A stretch of DNA of 64,000 bases from Raja brachyura (lineage: Eukaryota): NCBI GenBank assembly GCA_963514005.1, contig OY740783.1, forward strand, positions 5,828,001 through 5,892,000, in the 5' to 3' direction. The translations under genes and the position numbers were made by a program. This document shows positions 45,751 to 57,469 of this stretch, piece by piece. The first letter of the stretch is position 1. Each line of letters opens with the position of its first letter. The notes beneath the pieces were generated by a model. That model worked only from the letters and a program-made list of their open reading frames with translations, was not told the origin of the DNA and did no database searches.

Positions 45751-46587
45751 GGGGTCCTTTCTTGTTGTTATTAATAAATATTATTATTTTTTCAGAGAAA
45801 CAGTGACGGAAATTGATTACTGCTGTCCACCTTTTCAGTAGCGTGTGTGATAGCATGGACGTTGTCCAGGGCGTGAAATCACAGAAGCTTTGAAGTCTTC
45901 ACGAAGTCACTCACGTGACTCCGAAATGAAATAGTAAGATTAAACGAGAACTTACCAGTTTGAAGTTTGATCTTTATTTTATGAGGAGTTGCGATGAGGG
46001 ATTTCGTGCCCTCCGCTCCCAACCCTCGATCATAAAGTCAACTGGTAACTAGAGTCTCTTTAATCTTACTATAACAAGTCATTTCTTGGCTTGGTTTTTC
46101 TGTGATTCCACACCGCGGCTTTGAAGTATGTCGCGCATGCGTGCTGGCGGGTTCTTCACGAAATCCCTCATCGCAACTCCTCATAAAATAAAGATCAAAC
46201 TTCAAACTGGTAAGTTCTCGTTTAATCTTACTATTAAATTATGAATCCTAATGACCCATTTGTTATTCAATAGCGTCGCCAGTTGAGGGTTTGAGACACG
46301 TGTTGCTGGGCAGATCTTGGAGTTGTTAGTTCGCAGTCAGCAGCTCTGTGCTTTGGGCTGGAATCAGTACATTCATTTCTCTAAATAATCCACAGGTGCT
46401 TCCGTTCAGGTATTCCTGCTCTTTGCTAACGGTGGAGTGTTGGACTTCACCCACATAATGTGCAGGGGAAAGGTGAAATCAATTGGAATCAGAAAAAATA
46501 TGAATAAATATGAAATGCCATGCATTTAAAAATGAAGCTTTAAAGGCGAGTTCTGAGGCTAATAAAATTAAGTGAGACACAGTTGCG

Positions 46588-49500
46588 GCATAGAAACATA
46601 GAAACATAGAAAATAGGTGCAGGAGGAGGGCATTTGGCCCTTCGAGCCAGCACCGCCATTCATTGCGATCATGGCTGATCGTCCCGAATCAATAACCAGT
46701 GCCAGCATTCTCCCCATATCCTTTGATTCGACTAGCCCCTAGAGCTCTATCTAACTCTCTCTTAAATCCATCCAGTGATTTGGCCTCCACTGCCCTCTGT
46801 GGCAGGGAATTCCACAAATTCACAACTCTCTGGGTGAAAATGTTTTTTCTCACCTCAGTCTTAAATGGCCTCCCCTTTATTCTAAGACTGTGCCCCCTGG
46901 TTCTGGACTCGCCAAACATTGGGAACATTTTTCCTCTATCTAGCTTATCCAGTCCTTTTATAATTTTATATGTTTCTATAAGATACCCCCTCATCCTTCT
47001 AAACTCCAGTGAACACAAGCCTAGTCTTTTCAATCTTTCCTCATATGACAGTCCCGCCATCCCAGGGATTAATCTCGTGACCTATGCGGCACTACCTCAA
47101 TCACAAGGATGTCCTTCCTCAAATTAGGAGACCAAAACTGTATGCAATACTCCAGATGTGGTCTTACCAGAGCCCTATACAACTGCAGAAGAACCTCTCT
47201 ACTCCTATACTGAAATCCTCTTGTTATGAAGGCCAACATTCCATTAGCTTTCCTCACTGCCTGCTGCACCTGCACGCCAACATTCAGTGACTGGTGTACA
47301 AGGACACCCAGGTCTCGCTGCACCTCCCCCTCACCTAACCTAACCCCATTCAGATGATAATCTGCCCCCTTGTTTTTGCCACCAAAGTGGATAACCTCAC
47401 ATTTATATATATTATACTGCATCTGCCACGCATCTGCCCACTCACTCAACCTGTCCAGGTCACCCTGCAGCCTCCTAACATCCTCTTCACAGTTCACACT
47501 GCCACCCAGCTTTGTGTCATCCACAAACTTGCTAGTGTTGCTCCTAATTCCCACTAACAAATCATTAATATAAATGGTAAACAGTTGTGGCCCCAACACC
47601 GAGCCTTGCGGCACTTAACTCGTTACTGCCTGCCATTCTGAAAAGGACCCGTTCACTCCTACTCTTTGCTTCCTGTCTGCCAACCAATTTTCTATTCACA
47701 TCAACACCCTACCCCCAATACCATGTGCTCTAATTTTAGTCACCAGTCTCCCGTGCAGGACCTTATCAAAGGCTTTCTGAAAGTCTAGATACACTATATC
47801 CACTGGCTCCCCTTCATCCATTTTACTTCAGTCATATCCTCAAGAAATTCCAGAAGATTAGTGAAGTATGATTCTCCTTTCATAAATCCATGCTGACTTG
47901 GACTAATTCTTTTACTGCTCTCCAATGCCCCACTATTACCTCTTTAATAATTGACTCCAGCATCTTTCCCACCACCGAAGCCAGGCTCACTGGTCTGTAA
48001 TTCCCCTTTTTCTCTCTCGCTCCTTTCTTGAAAAGTGGGATAACATTAGCTATCCTCCAATCCACAGGAACTGATCCTGAATCTATTGAAATTTGGAAAA
48101 AGATCACCAATGCGTCCACTATTTGATTGCCCGATAGGGGGCGCCGTCCTGTATGGTATGGCTGCCCAGCCTGCAGCTGTTTGTCTTTCACTCTTTTCTT
48201 TATCTTTAGTGAGTTAAAGTGCTTTGTTTGGAGTCTATTCTTTTTTATGTGGGGGGTGGGGTGGGGGGGAAGATGGAAACTACTTTTCCTGGTCCCTACC
48301 TGGTCGGAGAGGCAGCTTTTCTCCGGGCTGCACCTTCCACCCATCCTCGCGACCTACCACCGGGCCTGGAGCGACGTTTCCTGAGGAGACCGCCCAGAGG
48401 TGGGCGATACCTTGCCTGGGTCGCCGCGCTGGAACTCCGGTGCGCTGAAGACCGCCGACAAAAACATCGCGGAGCTGCGGGTCTCTGGAGCGGCCAGCTG
48501 TGGGAGGCGGCGCTGAACTTTACATCGGGAGCCAGTGGGGGAGCTCCATTCAGCGCGGCCTTGTTGGCTTCGGAAGCCGCGGACTCCGGTAAGGAAGCGG
48601 CCGTTCCAGGTGTCCCAAGCTGCTGAGGATTCTCCCGACGCCGGAGAACCATCCCCCGGTGAGAACGGCCTGGAACGTCGGGCCTCCGTGAAGGCGACTG
48701 CGGAGGCCTCAATAGGCCTGACTATGGGTGGACATGGGGATAGGGACTGGACATTGTGCCTTCCCTCATAATGGGAACCATTGAGGGGGAATTTTTTAAA
48801 TGTTTAAAATCTCTTTATTAGTGTTATGTCTGTATTTTTTTTATGTGCTGCATTGGCTAGAAACATTTCACTACACCAATTGGTGTACGTGACCAATAAA
48901 ATAACCTTTGAACCTTTGAACTATTTCCAGAGCCACCTCCCTGAGGACCCTGGGATGCAGACCATCAGGCCCAGGGGATTTATCATCCTTCAGTCCCATT
49001 AGCCTACCCTATACTATTTCTCGTCTAATGAAAATTTCTTTCAGCTCCTCGACCCCCTTAGCTCCTCTCTCCTCCACTACATCTGGGAGATTGTTTGTGT
49101 CTTCTTTAGTGAAGACAGATCCAAAGTACCTGTTCAACTCTTCTCCCATTTCCTTGTTACCCATAATAATTTCACCCGTGTCTGCCTTCAAGGGACCCAC
49201 ATTTGACTCTGCTACTCTTTTTCCCTTAACATATCTAAAGAAGCTTTTACTGTCCTTCTTTATATTCCTCGTACTTCATCTTTTCAGCCTGTATTGCCCG
49301 TTTTGTTTCCTTCTGTTGTCCTATGAAAGATTCCCAATCATCTGGCTTCCGGCTACTCTTTGCTGTGTTATACATCTTTTCTTTTAGTTTTATTCTATCC
49401 CTAATTTCTCTTGTCAGCCACGGTTGCCTTCTACTCCCCTTAGAATCTTTCTTCCTTTTTGGAATGAAATGATCTTGTGTCTTCCGGATTATGCCCAGAA

Positions 49501-49800
49501 ATTCCTGCCATTTCTGTTCCACCGTCATTCCTGCTAGGATCCCTTTCCAGTCTATCTTGGCAAGCTCCTCTCTCATGCCTTCGTAATCCCCTTTGTTCAG
49601 CTGCATCACTGCCACTTCCGATTTAACCTTCTCCTTCTCAAATTGCAGACTAAAACTAATCATATTATGATCACTACCTCCAAGCGGTTCCTTTACCTCG
49701 AGTTCACTTATCGAATTTGGTTCATTGGCCAGCACTAAATCCAGAATTGCCTTTTCTCTGGACAGCTCCAGTACAAGCTGCTCTAAGAATCCATATCGAA
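46588..49800 (-). mobile_element. CR1 LINE (minus strand) interrupted at 48125-48919
   Basis: ORFs 46689-47060, 47069-47614, 49009-49200 and 49247-49885. Tail at about 46590. Confidence 0.88.
48125..48919 (+). mobile_element. GC-rich non-autonomous retroposon with AATAAA and an (AACCTTTG)n tail
   Basis: Flanked by direct repeat ACTATTT (48118-48124, 48920-48926). The CR1 resumes after it. Loosely similar to 10940-11150. Confidence 0.65.
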
Positions 49801-52800
49801 GGCAGTAGGCAATAGACAATCGACAATAGGTGCAGGTACAGGTCATTCGGCCCTTCAAGCCAGGACCGCCATTCAATGTGATCATGGCTGATCATCCCCA
49901 ATCAGTACCCCTTCTCCCCATATCCTGCCTTCTCCCCATATCACCCGACTCTGCTATTTTCAAGATTGCTATTGCCCTATCTAGCTCTGCCTTGAAAGCA
50001 TCCAGAGAACCTGCCTCCACCGCCCTCTGAGGCAGAGAATTGCACAGACTCACCACTCTCTGTGAGAAAAAGTGTTTCCTCGTCACCGAGCTAAATGGTT
50101 TACTCCTTATTCTTAAACTGTGGCCCCTGGTTCTGGACTCCGCCAACATCGGGAACATGTTTGGTGCCTCTAGGGTGTCCAAACCCTTAACAATCTTATA
50201 TGTTTCAATGAGAATCCCTCTCATCCTTCTAAACTCCAGAGTGTACAAGCCCAGCTGCTCCATTCTCTCAACATATGACAGTCCCGCCATCCCGGGAATT
50301 AACCTTGTAAACCTACGCTGCACTCCCTCAATAGCAAGAATGTCCTACCTCAAATTAGGGGACCAAAACTGTATACAATACTCCAGGTGTGGTCTCACTA
50401 GGGCTCTGTGCAACTGCAGAAGCACCTCTTTGCTCCTATATTCGATTCCTCTTGTTATAAAGGCCAACATGCCATTCACTTTCTTCACTGCCTGCTGTAC
50501 CTGCATGCTTACTTTCATAGACTGATGTACAAGGACCCCCAGATCCCGTTGTACTTCCCCTTTTCCAAACTTGACGCCATTTCGATAGTAATCTGCCTTG
50601 CTGTTTTTGCTACCAAAGTGGATAACCTCACATTTATCCGCATTAAACTTCATCTGCCATGCATCTGCCCTCTACCCAACCTGTCCAAGTCACCCTGCAT
50701 TCTCATAGCATCCTCCTCACAGTTCACACTGCCACCCAGCTTTGTGTCATCTGCAAATTTGCTAATGTTAGTTTGAATCCCTTCAACCAAATCATTGATG
50801 TAAATTCTAAATAACTGCGGTCCCAGCACTGAGTCTTGTGATACACCACAGTCACTGCCTGCCATTCTGAAAGGGACCCATTAATCCCTACTCTTTGTTT
50901 CCTGTCTGCCAACCACTTCTCTATCCATGTCAGCACTATACCCCCTATACCATGTGCCCTCAATTTGCCCACTAATCTCCTATGTGGGACCTTATTAAAT
51001 GCTTTCTGAAAGTCCAGATACACTACATCCACTGGCTCTCCCTTGTCCATTTTCCTAGTTACATCTTCAAAAAATTCCAGAAGATTAGTCAAGCATGATT
51101 TCCCCTTCTGAAATCCATGCTGACTCGCACCGATCCTGTTACTGCTATCCAAATGTGCGGCTATCTCATCTTTTATAATTGACTCCAGCATCTTCCCCAC
51201 CACCGATGTCAGGCTAACCAGTTCCCTGTATTCTCTCTCCTGCCTTTCTTAAAAAGTGGGATAACATTAGCTACCCTCCAATCCACAGGAACTGATCCCG
51301 AGTCTATAGAACATTGGAAAATTATCAGCAATGCATCCACGATTTCTATAGCCACCTCCATAAGTACCCTGGGATGCAGACCATCAGGCCCTGGGGATTT
51401 ATCAGCCTTCAGTCCCATCAATCTATCCAACACCATTTCCTGCCTAATGTGGATTTCCTTCAGTTCCTCCGTCACCCCAGATCCTTTGGCCACTTCTATA
51501 TCAGGAAGATTGTTTGTGTCCCCCTTAGTGAAGACGGATCCAAAGTACCTGTTCAACTCATCTGCCATTTCCTTGTTCCCCATAATAAATTCCCCTTTTT
51601 TCCCTTCAAGGGTCCAACTTTGGTTTTAAATAATTTTTTCCTCTTCACTTACCTAAAGAAGCTTTTACTATCCTGCTTGACTAGCTTACCTTCGTACCTC
51701 ATCTTTTCTCCCTGTATTGCCTTTTTGGTTATCTTCTGTTGCCCTTTAAACATTACCTAATCCTCTTGTTTCCGGCTCATCTTTGCTAAGTTGGACTTCT
51801 TTGCTTTAATTTTTATACTGTCCCTGACATCCCTTGTCACCCATGGTCGTCCCTTTCTCCCCTTGGAATCTTTCTTCCTCCTAGGAACAAACTGATCCTG
51901 CACCTTCTGTATTATTGCTAGAAATACCTGCCATTTCTGTTCCAATGTCATCCCTGCTGGTGTATCTTTCCAGTCAACTTTGTCCAGCTCCTCCCTCATG
52001 GCCCCATAGTCCCCTTTATTCAACTGTAACACTGACACCTCCGATCTACCCTTCTCCCTCCCCAATTGTAGATTAAATCCGACCATGTTATGGTCACTGC
52101 CTCCTAATGGCTCATTAACCTTGAGGTCCTTTATGCAATCCGGTTCATTACATAACACTAAATCCAGAATTGCCTTCTCCCTGATAGGCTCCAATAGAAG
52201 CTGTTCTAAGAATCCATCACAAAGGCACTCTGCAAAGTCCCTTTCTTGGGGTCCAGTACCAACCTGATTTTCCCAGTCTACCTGCATGTTGAAATCTCCC
52301 ATAACACCCACAGCATTAATTTTACTACATGCCAATTTTAACTCCTCATTCAACTTGCGCCCTATGTCCAGGCTACTGTTTAGGGGCCTGTAAATAACTC
52401 CCATTAGGGTCTTTTTACCCTTATAATTCCTTAGTTCTATCCATACTGACTCCACGTCTCCTGTTTCAATCACACCCCTTGCAAGGGACTGAATTTCATT
52501 CCTCACCAACAGGGCAACCCCACCCCCTCTGCCCACCTGTCTGTCTTTTCGATAGGAGGTATACCCTTGGATATTCAGTTCCCAGCCCTGGCCCTCTTGC
52601 AGCCGTGTCTCAGTAATTTCATTTCGGAGTCACGTGAGTGACTTCGTGAACAGCCCGCTGGCGCGCATGCTCGACATATCGTCGTATCGCGTTGCTGCGA
52701 CGGCTGGCGGTGGAGCGCGCTCCTCGCCAGCCCTTCATAAGGGAACCACTGAGGTAAGTATCCTACCTTAAGTTGGTGGTCCTTGTTGTGTTACTTTGTT

Positions 52801-52815
52801 TTTTGCAGCAAGGAC

Positions 52816-54561
52816 ATGGATGGGAGTTCTAAGGGCCGGAAAACGTCTGGACGAGGTCGCCGGTCAGCAGTCCCGGAGCCATTGATATCGGCGGTACCTG
52901 CAGCGCAGGCCGGGACACGGGCGGGAATGTCGGTAAGCCCTGTGTTTACAGGTCCGGATCCGCCAGCACACCACAGTTTGGAGGAGTTCGGCGAGGAGGA
53001 GTGTGGTGTGCCGCCAGAGCAGGAGGATCCTGCCATGGCAGTCAGGTCGTCAGCAGGCTTGCTGGCGACCTCGAGCAGAAGGGTGCGTGCAGCGGCACGG
53101 CCCTTTTCACTCAGCCCTCCGAGTAGGGGAAGGGCAGGAGCCCAGAAGTCTAACCCTGTCGGGGCTAAGGCTTTGCCTGCCGCCGGGGAGCGGTCAGGTT
53201 CCAGGGCGGGACCCGGGGCGGCTGTGAGGTCCAGTCGACGCCCCCCAACTCTCGACGCCGGGACGGGTCGGTTGGGTCGGGTCTCGTCACGGTCGCCGAG
53301 CCCCCCATGGATGGGTGGGCGAGACCATGCGTCGGCGAGGTCCACGACGTGGGCTGCCGGCAAGCCTGTGCGGGCTTCGGGTATCCATGCTGCGGCTGGT
53401 GCCGACACCACGCCGCAAGTGCCCTTAGTGGCAGCGGCTTCAGCTCCCGCTAAACGGAGGCGGTTGAACACGCCCGTGTGGGAATCGCGCAGTTTCGCTT
53501 CGGCGGCTGTTAGCGACGACTACTGGCACCGGGTGGGCCTCGATGAGGTGCGGGCCGATGATAGGGGCCCCAGCAATTTTTCAGAGCCGGAGGACTCCAA
53601 CCACCTGAGTGTTCAGGGTGAAGGGCGTATTGACCGTATGGAGCGGCTGCTGGAGCTCCTGCTTCACGGTCAACAGCAGCAAGCGTCCAGCAGCGACAGG
53701 CACAGGGCTGTTTCACCAACTTCCACCTTCAGCCTGGAGCAGCAGGATGAGGAGGTTTTGGTCGATCCCATACCACCTCCATCAGATTTACCAGCGGAGG
53801 AACTTCTCGATGTGGCCGCTAAGTTCGCGGCCCCACACTCGTCTGGGCTTCCCCTGAACTCGAAATTGGCAGCCACAGTGGACTTCCTCAACAACCATCA
53901 GCTCCAGGAAGAAGTTCTCATTCAGGCCATGAGCCGTCACAAGGCTCCATCCAACTGCAACTCCCTCAATGTGCCTGTGGTCAATACGCCGATATGGGGC
54001 AACATCAGTGCGGCTATCCGTCAACAGGAGCTGAAAATTCAGCGGATTCTGAAGCTCCTCACGGCCGGTATTACCGCCTTTGTGCGGTCGGTTGATGGGG
54101 ATGAATTAAATTTGGACCAGGAGGATGCTCTCGCTCTATTGTGCGCAACTCAACATGAGATCAATGGGTTCCGCAAAAGCAGCATCCGCCCGGCGCTCAA
54201 CCCTACGTTTGCAGGGTTGTGCAAACCACCGCCGCCGCCGCCGCCCCGTCAGCTCTTTGGAGAAGATCTCTCGAAGAGGGTCAAAGAGCTTGACGAACAA
54301 GCCAAAACGGTGGGACTCATGCGCTCTCACAGTGCCCCCAGGCCGTTGGGCTCGAAAGCTCCGCTTGTTCATCCACGAGGGTCTGCCAGCACCTCTACAA
54401 GGACCTACCCTCCAGCTCCACTCCGTTACCAACAGCCCCAGCAGCAGGGGGCTTTTTTAGGACAAGGTCGGCAGAAACCCTGGTGGAAGATGAGGACGCC
54501 GCGCCCTCAAGCCAACCCAGCACCTCCACGTCCACCCACACGTGTCAAGGACCGCCGGTAA
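52816..54561 (+). CDS. DIRS B ORF1 (gag-like)
   Basis: Open ORF from ATG 52816, homologous to DIRS A ORF1. Confidence 0.85.
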   Translation: MDGSSKGRKTSGRGRRSAVPEPLISAVPAAQAGTRAGMSVSPVFTGPDPPAHHSLEEFGEEECGVPPEQEDPAMAVRSSAGLLATSSRRVRAAARPFSLSPPSRGRAGAQKSNPVGAKALPAAGERSGSRAGPGAAVRSSRRPPTLDAGTGRLGRVSSRSPSPPWMGGRDHASARSTTWAAGKPVRASGIHAAAGADTTPQVPLVAAASAPAKRRRLNTPVWESRSFASAAVSDDYWHRVGLDEVRADDRGPSNFSEPEDSNHLSVQGEGRIDRMERLLELLLHGQQQQASSSDRHRAVSPTSTFSLEQQDEEVLVDPIPPPSDLPAEELLDVAAKFAAPHSSGLPLNSKLAATVDFLNNHQLQEEVLIQAMSRHKAPSNCNSLNVPVVNTPIWGNISAAIRQQELKIQRILKLLTAGITAFVRSVDGDELNLDQEDALALLCATQHEINGFRKSSIRPALNPTFAGLCKPPPPPPPRQLFGEDLSKRVKELDEQAKTVGLMRSHSAPRPLGSKAPLVHPRGSASTSTRTYPPAPLRYQQPQQQGAFLGQGRQKPWWKMRTPRPQANPAPPRPPTRVKDRR

Positions 54562-54563
54562 CC

Positions 54564-56492
54564 ATGGAGGTGAGGCGGTCTGGTTCTCTCTTTTCTCTTT
54601 GTCTAACCTCACATGTTGGTGGGTGCCTTCGGTTCTTTTTGGGTGCATGGGGTGATATTACTGGTGATGAGTATGTGTTACAAAATATTCAGGGTCATAA
54701 AATTGAGTTTCTTAATGGGGACATTCCTCCATCCCAGCACAGGCCTGGTCGAACATTTAAATTGTCTGCTGCAGAACAGGCAGCAGGCTATAAGGAAATT
54801 TTGAGGCTAGCACAGAAGGGAGTGATAGAGAAAACGGTTCATGAGCCAGTTGAATTTGTTTCTAATATATTCACTCGACCCAAGAAGGATGGAGGCTGTC
54901 GAGTCATCATTGACCTGACTCGTTTAAATACTTTTGTAACATATACTCATTTCAAAATGGACACTTTTGAAACAGCCAAATCATTGATTTCACATGGTTG
55001 CTTTATGGCATGCATTGATTTACGAGATGCGTACTATACTGTATCCATTCAAAAATGTTATAGGAGGTTTCTGAAATTTATCTGGATGGGTCAACTCTGG
55101 CAATATAGGGCTTTGCCAAACGGGCTTACCACAGCCCCTAGATTATTCACTAAATTGGTGAAGCCAATTATGACTTATTTACGACAACGACATCATATAG
55201 TAATGGCCTATTTAGATGATATCTTAATTGTCGGCCACACCCTGGAATTGGCTCAACAGGGTGTTGCAGCTGCTGTCAATATATTTCAGCAGCTGGGGTT
55301 CATTGTCCATCCAGCCAAATCAAAGTTCTGCCCCTCCCAGGTAATTCATTATCTGGGGTTTACGGTGGACTCTATTCACATGAGGGTCACCATACCAACT
55401 AATAAGGTTGAGGAGGTCACCCAGGTGTGTCAAGGTTTAATCAGCGCTAGTATACCATCGATTCGACATAAAGCTACAGTAATTGGCAAGCTTGTAGCAT
55501 TGTTTCCGGCAGCCCGATATGGGCCTTTGCATTATCAGAATTTGCAAAGGGCCAAGATCGCTGCGTTAAGACAGCACGCTGGTCATTATAATCGACCAAT
55601 GCAGCTGCCGCCCGAAGCGAAGGATGAGTTACGATGGTGGGTGCGTCACATTAGTAACTCATTTAAGCCTATTATTGGGGCTAATCCGGTGGTATACTTG
55701 CAAACTGATGCGAGCTCTTATGGCTGGGGAGCTACGGATCATTACTCTAGTTGCGGGGGCAGATGGGATACCCTTGAGGCTACTATGTTGTTGTCTCAAG
55801 GGATAAACTATTTGGAGCTACTTGCAGCATTCCACGGACTTCGTGCTTATTGTTCCAAGGTTTTTGGAGCACATGTCCGTCTCCAAATAGGCAACACCAC
55901 AGCGGTGGCTTATTTAAACCATATGGGCGGTACCAGGTCAGTTTCATGTGATAAATTGGCTAACTCAATTTGGCTCTGGTGTGTTCAAAGAGACATTTGG
56001 ATTTCAGCTACCTATTTGCCAGGTGAGCTTAATACTGTGGCGGACACCAGGTCACGCAAGTTTAATGACAATATTGAATGGATGTTGCATCCTGAAATTT
56101 TTGCCAAAGTTACAGCCAAATTTGAGAAACCGGATATTGACCTTTTTGCGTCATGGTTGAACCATCAGGTACCAACATACGTCTCATGGGAACCAGATCC
56201 TGGGGCTATGGCGCTAGATGCATTCTCGCTGGACTGGGGGAATTGGTTTTTCTATGCATTCCCCCCGTTTTGCCTCATCAGTCGGGTATTACGAAAGATT
56301 CAGATGGATGCAGCCAAGGGCATCCTTATTATACCCGACTGGCCTACACAGCCGTGGTATCCGGTGGTCTTTGACATGCTCAGTGAGCCTTGGGTCCTTT
56401 TGAAGGGTTGCCCAGAATTGGTTACTCACCCTGTCTCAGGGGAGCCACATCCCTGCCATGGCTATTTAAATTTGTTGGCTTGCAGGTTTTGA
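54564..56492 (+). CDS. DIRS B ORF2 (RT-RNase H-methyltransferase-like), open, with an RNase H D->G change
   Basis: IDLRDAY, YLDD, TDAS, LQIGNTTAV, DLFAS, AFPPF. Confidence 0.92.
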   Translation: MEVRRSGSLFSLCLTSHVGGCLRFFLGAWGDITGDEYVLQNIQGHKIEFLNGDIPPSQHRPGRTFKLSAAEQAAGYKEILRLAQKGVIEKTVHEPVEFVSNIFTRPKKDGGCRVIIDLTRLNTFVTYTHFKMDTFETAKSLISHGCFMACIDLRDAYYTVSIQKCYRRFLKFIWMGQLWQYRALPNGLTTAPRLFTKLVKPIMTYLRQRHHIVMAYLDDILIVGHTLELAQQGVAAAVNIFQQLGFIVHPAKSKFCPSQVIHYLGFTVDSIHMRVTIPTNKVEEVTQVCQGLISASIPSIRHKATVIGKLVALFPAARYGPLHYQNLQRAKIAALRQHAGHYNRPMQLPPEAKDELRWWVRHISNSFKPIIGANPVVYLQTDASSYGWGATDHYSSCGGRWDTLEATMLLSQGINYLELLAAFHGLRAYCSKVFGAHVRLQIGNTTAVAYLNHMGGTRSVSCDKLANSIWLWCVQRDIWISATYLPGELNTVADTRSRKFNDNIEWMLHPEIFAKVTAKFEKPDIDLFASWLNHQVPTYVSWEPDPGAMALDAFSLDWGNWFFYAFPPFCLISRVLRKIQMDAAKGILIIPDWPTQPWYPVVFDMLSEPWVLLKGCPELVTHPVSGEPHPCHGYLNLLACRF

Positions 56493-57469
56493 ACAGGCCG
56501 TTAGTCCAATACGGCCTCTCAACTCGGACCATGGATACCATTGGGGCGTCGTGTCGAGAGTCCACAAGGCGAAGATACCGCTCACATATCAAGAAGTGGG
56601 AAGCCTACTGCAGCCGCTCTCGCATCACGTACGATGACGTGACTATAACCGACGTCCTGGAATTCCTCGCCGGGTTGCACCATGATGAACACTTAAGTTA
56701 CAGTGCCATCAACAGCGCCAGGAGCGCGCTGTCATTCTACCTCAAGATTGAGGTGGGATCCAACAGGCTAGTGTCCAGACTCATGCGGGGTATATTCAAT
56801 ATGAATCCGCCTACACCACGCTACAATATCACCTGGGATGTCAGGGACGTATTAACCCTGCTCAGGACGTGGTCTCCCATGGAAGGGCTCCAGCTGGACA
56901 AACTCACCATGAAGCTGGTGATGTTACTAGCGCTGACTTCAGCACAGAGGGTACAGACACTGCATAAACTACGTGTCGACAGAATGATGTCTACCCCTAC
57001 AGAAGTAGTCTTCTTTGTTGTTGAGCTACTAAAGCAGCATAGACCTGGGTGCACAGGGCTGCAGCCGAAGTTCCCGGCATACCCTGCAGACGCTAGGCTG
57101 TGTTTAGCCTCACATATCCGTCACTATGTCAAGGTGACGGCATGCATCAGAGGAATGGAGAGATACCTGCTTGTCACTCATAAGAGACCTCATCATCGAG
57201 TGACAGTCCAGACGATATCCAGGTGGCTCCGGGTCGTCTTGGGTAAGTCAGGTATCGACACTAATGTGTTCAAGTCTCATTCCACCAGGGCTGCATCGAC
57301 GTCAGCGGCAAGGATTATGGAGGTGCCTATGGACCATATTCTCGCCACAGCAGGATGGGCTAATGAAGCTGTGTTTCAGCGATTTTATAACAAGCCTGTT
57401 GCTGCTCCTCTACAGTTCGCGGAAGCCGTGCTGAATGCAGGTCAAGAACGTGGAGGTGTCCCCGCATGA
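56486..57469 (+). CDS. DIRS B tyrosine recombinase
   Basis: SAQRV, HSTR, AGW and RFY motifs. Confidence 0.92.
   Translation, partial: VLNRPLVQYGLSTRTMDTIGASCRESTRRRYRSHIKKWEAYCSRSRITYDDVTITDVLEFLAGLHHDEHLSYSAINSARSALSFYLKIEVGSNRLVSRLMRGIFNMNPPTPRYNITWDVRDVLTLLRTWSPMEGLQLDKLTMKLVMLLALTSAQRVQTLHKLRVDRMMSTPTEVVFFVVELLKQHRPGCTGLQPKFPAYPADARLCLASHIRHYVKVTACIRGMERYLLVTHKRPHHRVTVQTISRWLRVVLGKSGIDTNVFKSHSTRAASTSAARIMEVPMDHILATAGWANEAVFQRFYNKPVAAPLQFAEAVLNAGQERGGVPA

Larger units (their letters stand above)
40872..46235 (+). mobile_element. Full-length DIRS1-like retrotransposon A (5364 bp)
   Basis: Perfect 36-bp ITR pair (40899-40934 / 46127-46162). ICR 45896-46008 is complementary to both extreme termini. 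ATT at both ends. gag, RT-RH-MT and YR ORFs present. Confidence 0.96.

Noticed and set aside
40846-54460. Antisense and alternate-frame ORFs over DIRS gag (e.g. 40846-41484, 52791-53471)
   Set aside because: Expected in GC-rich coding DNA and no recognisable motifs.
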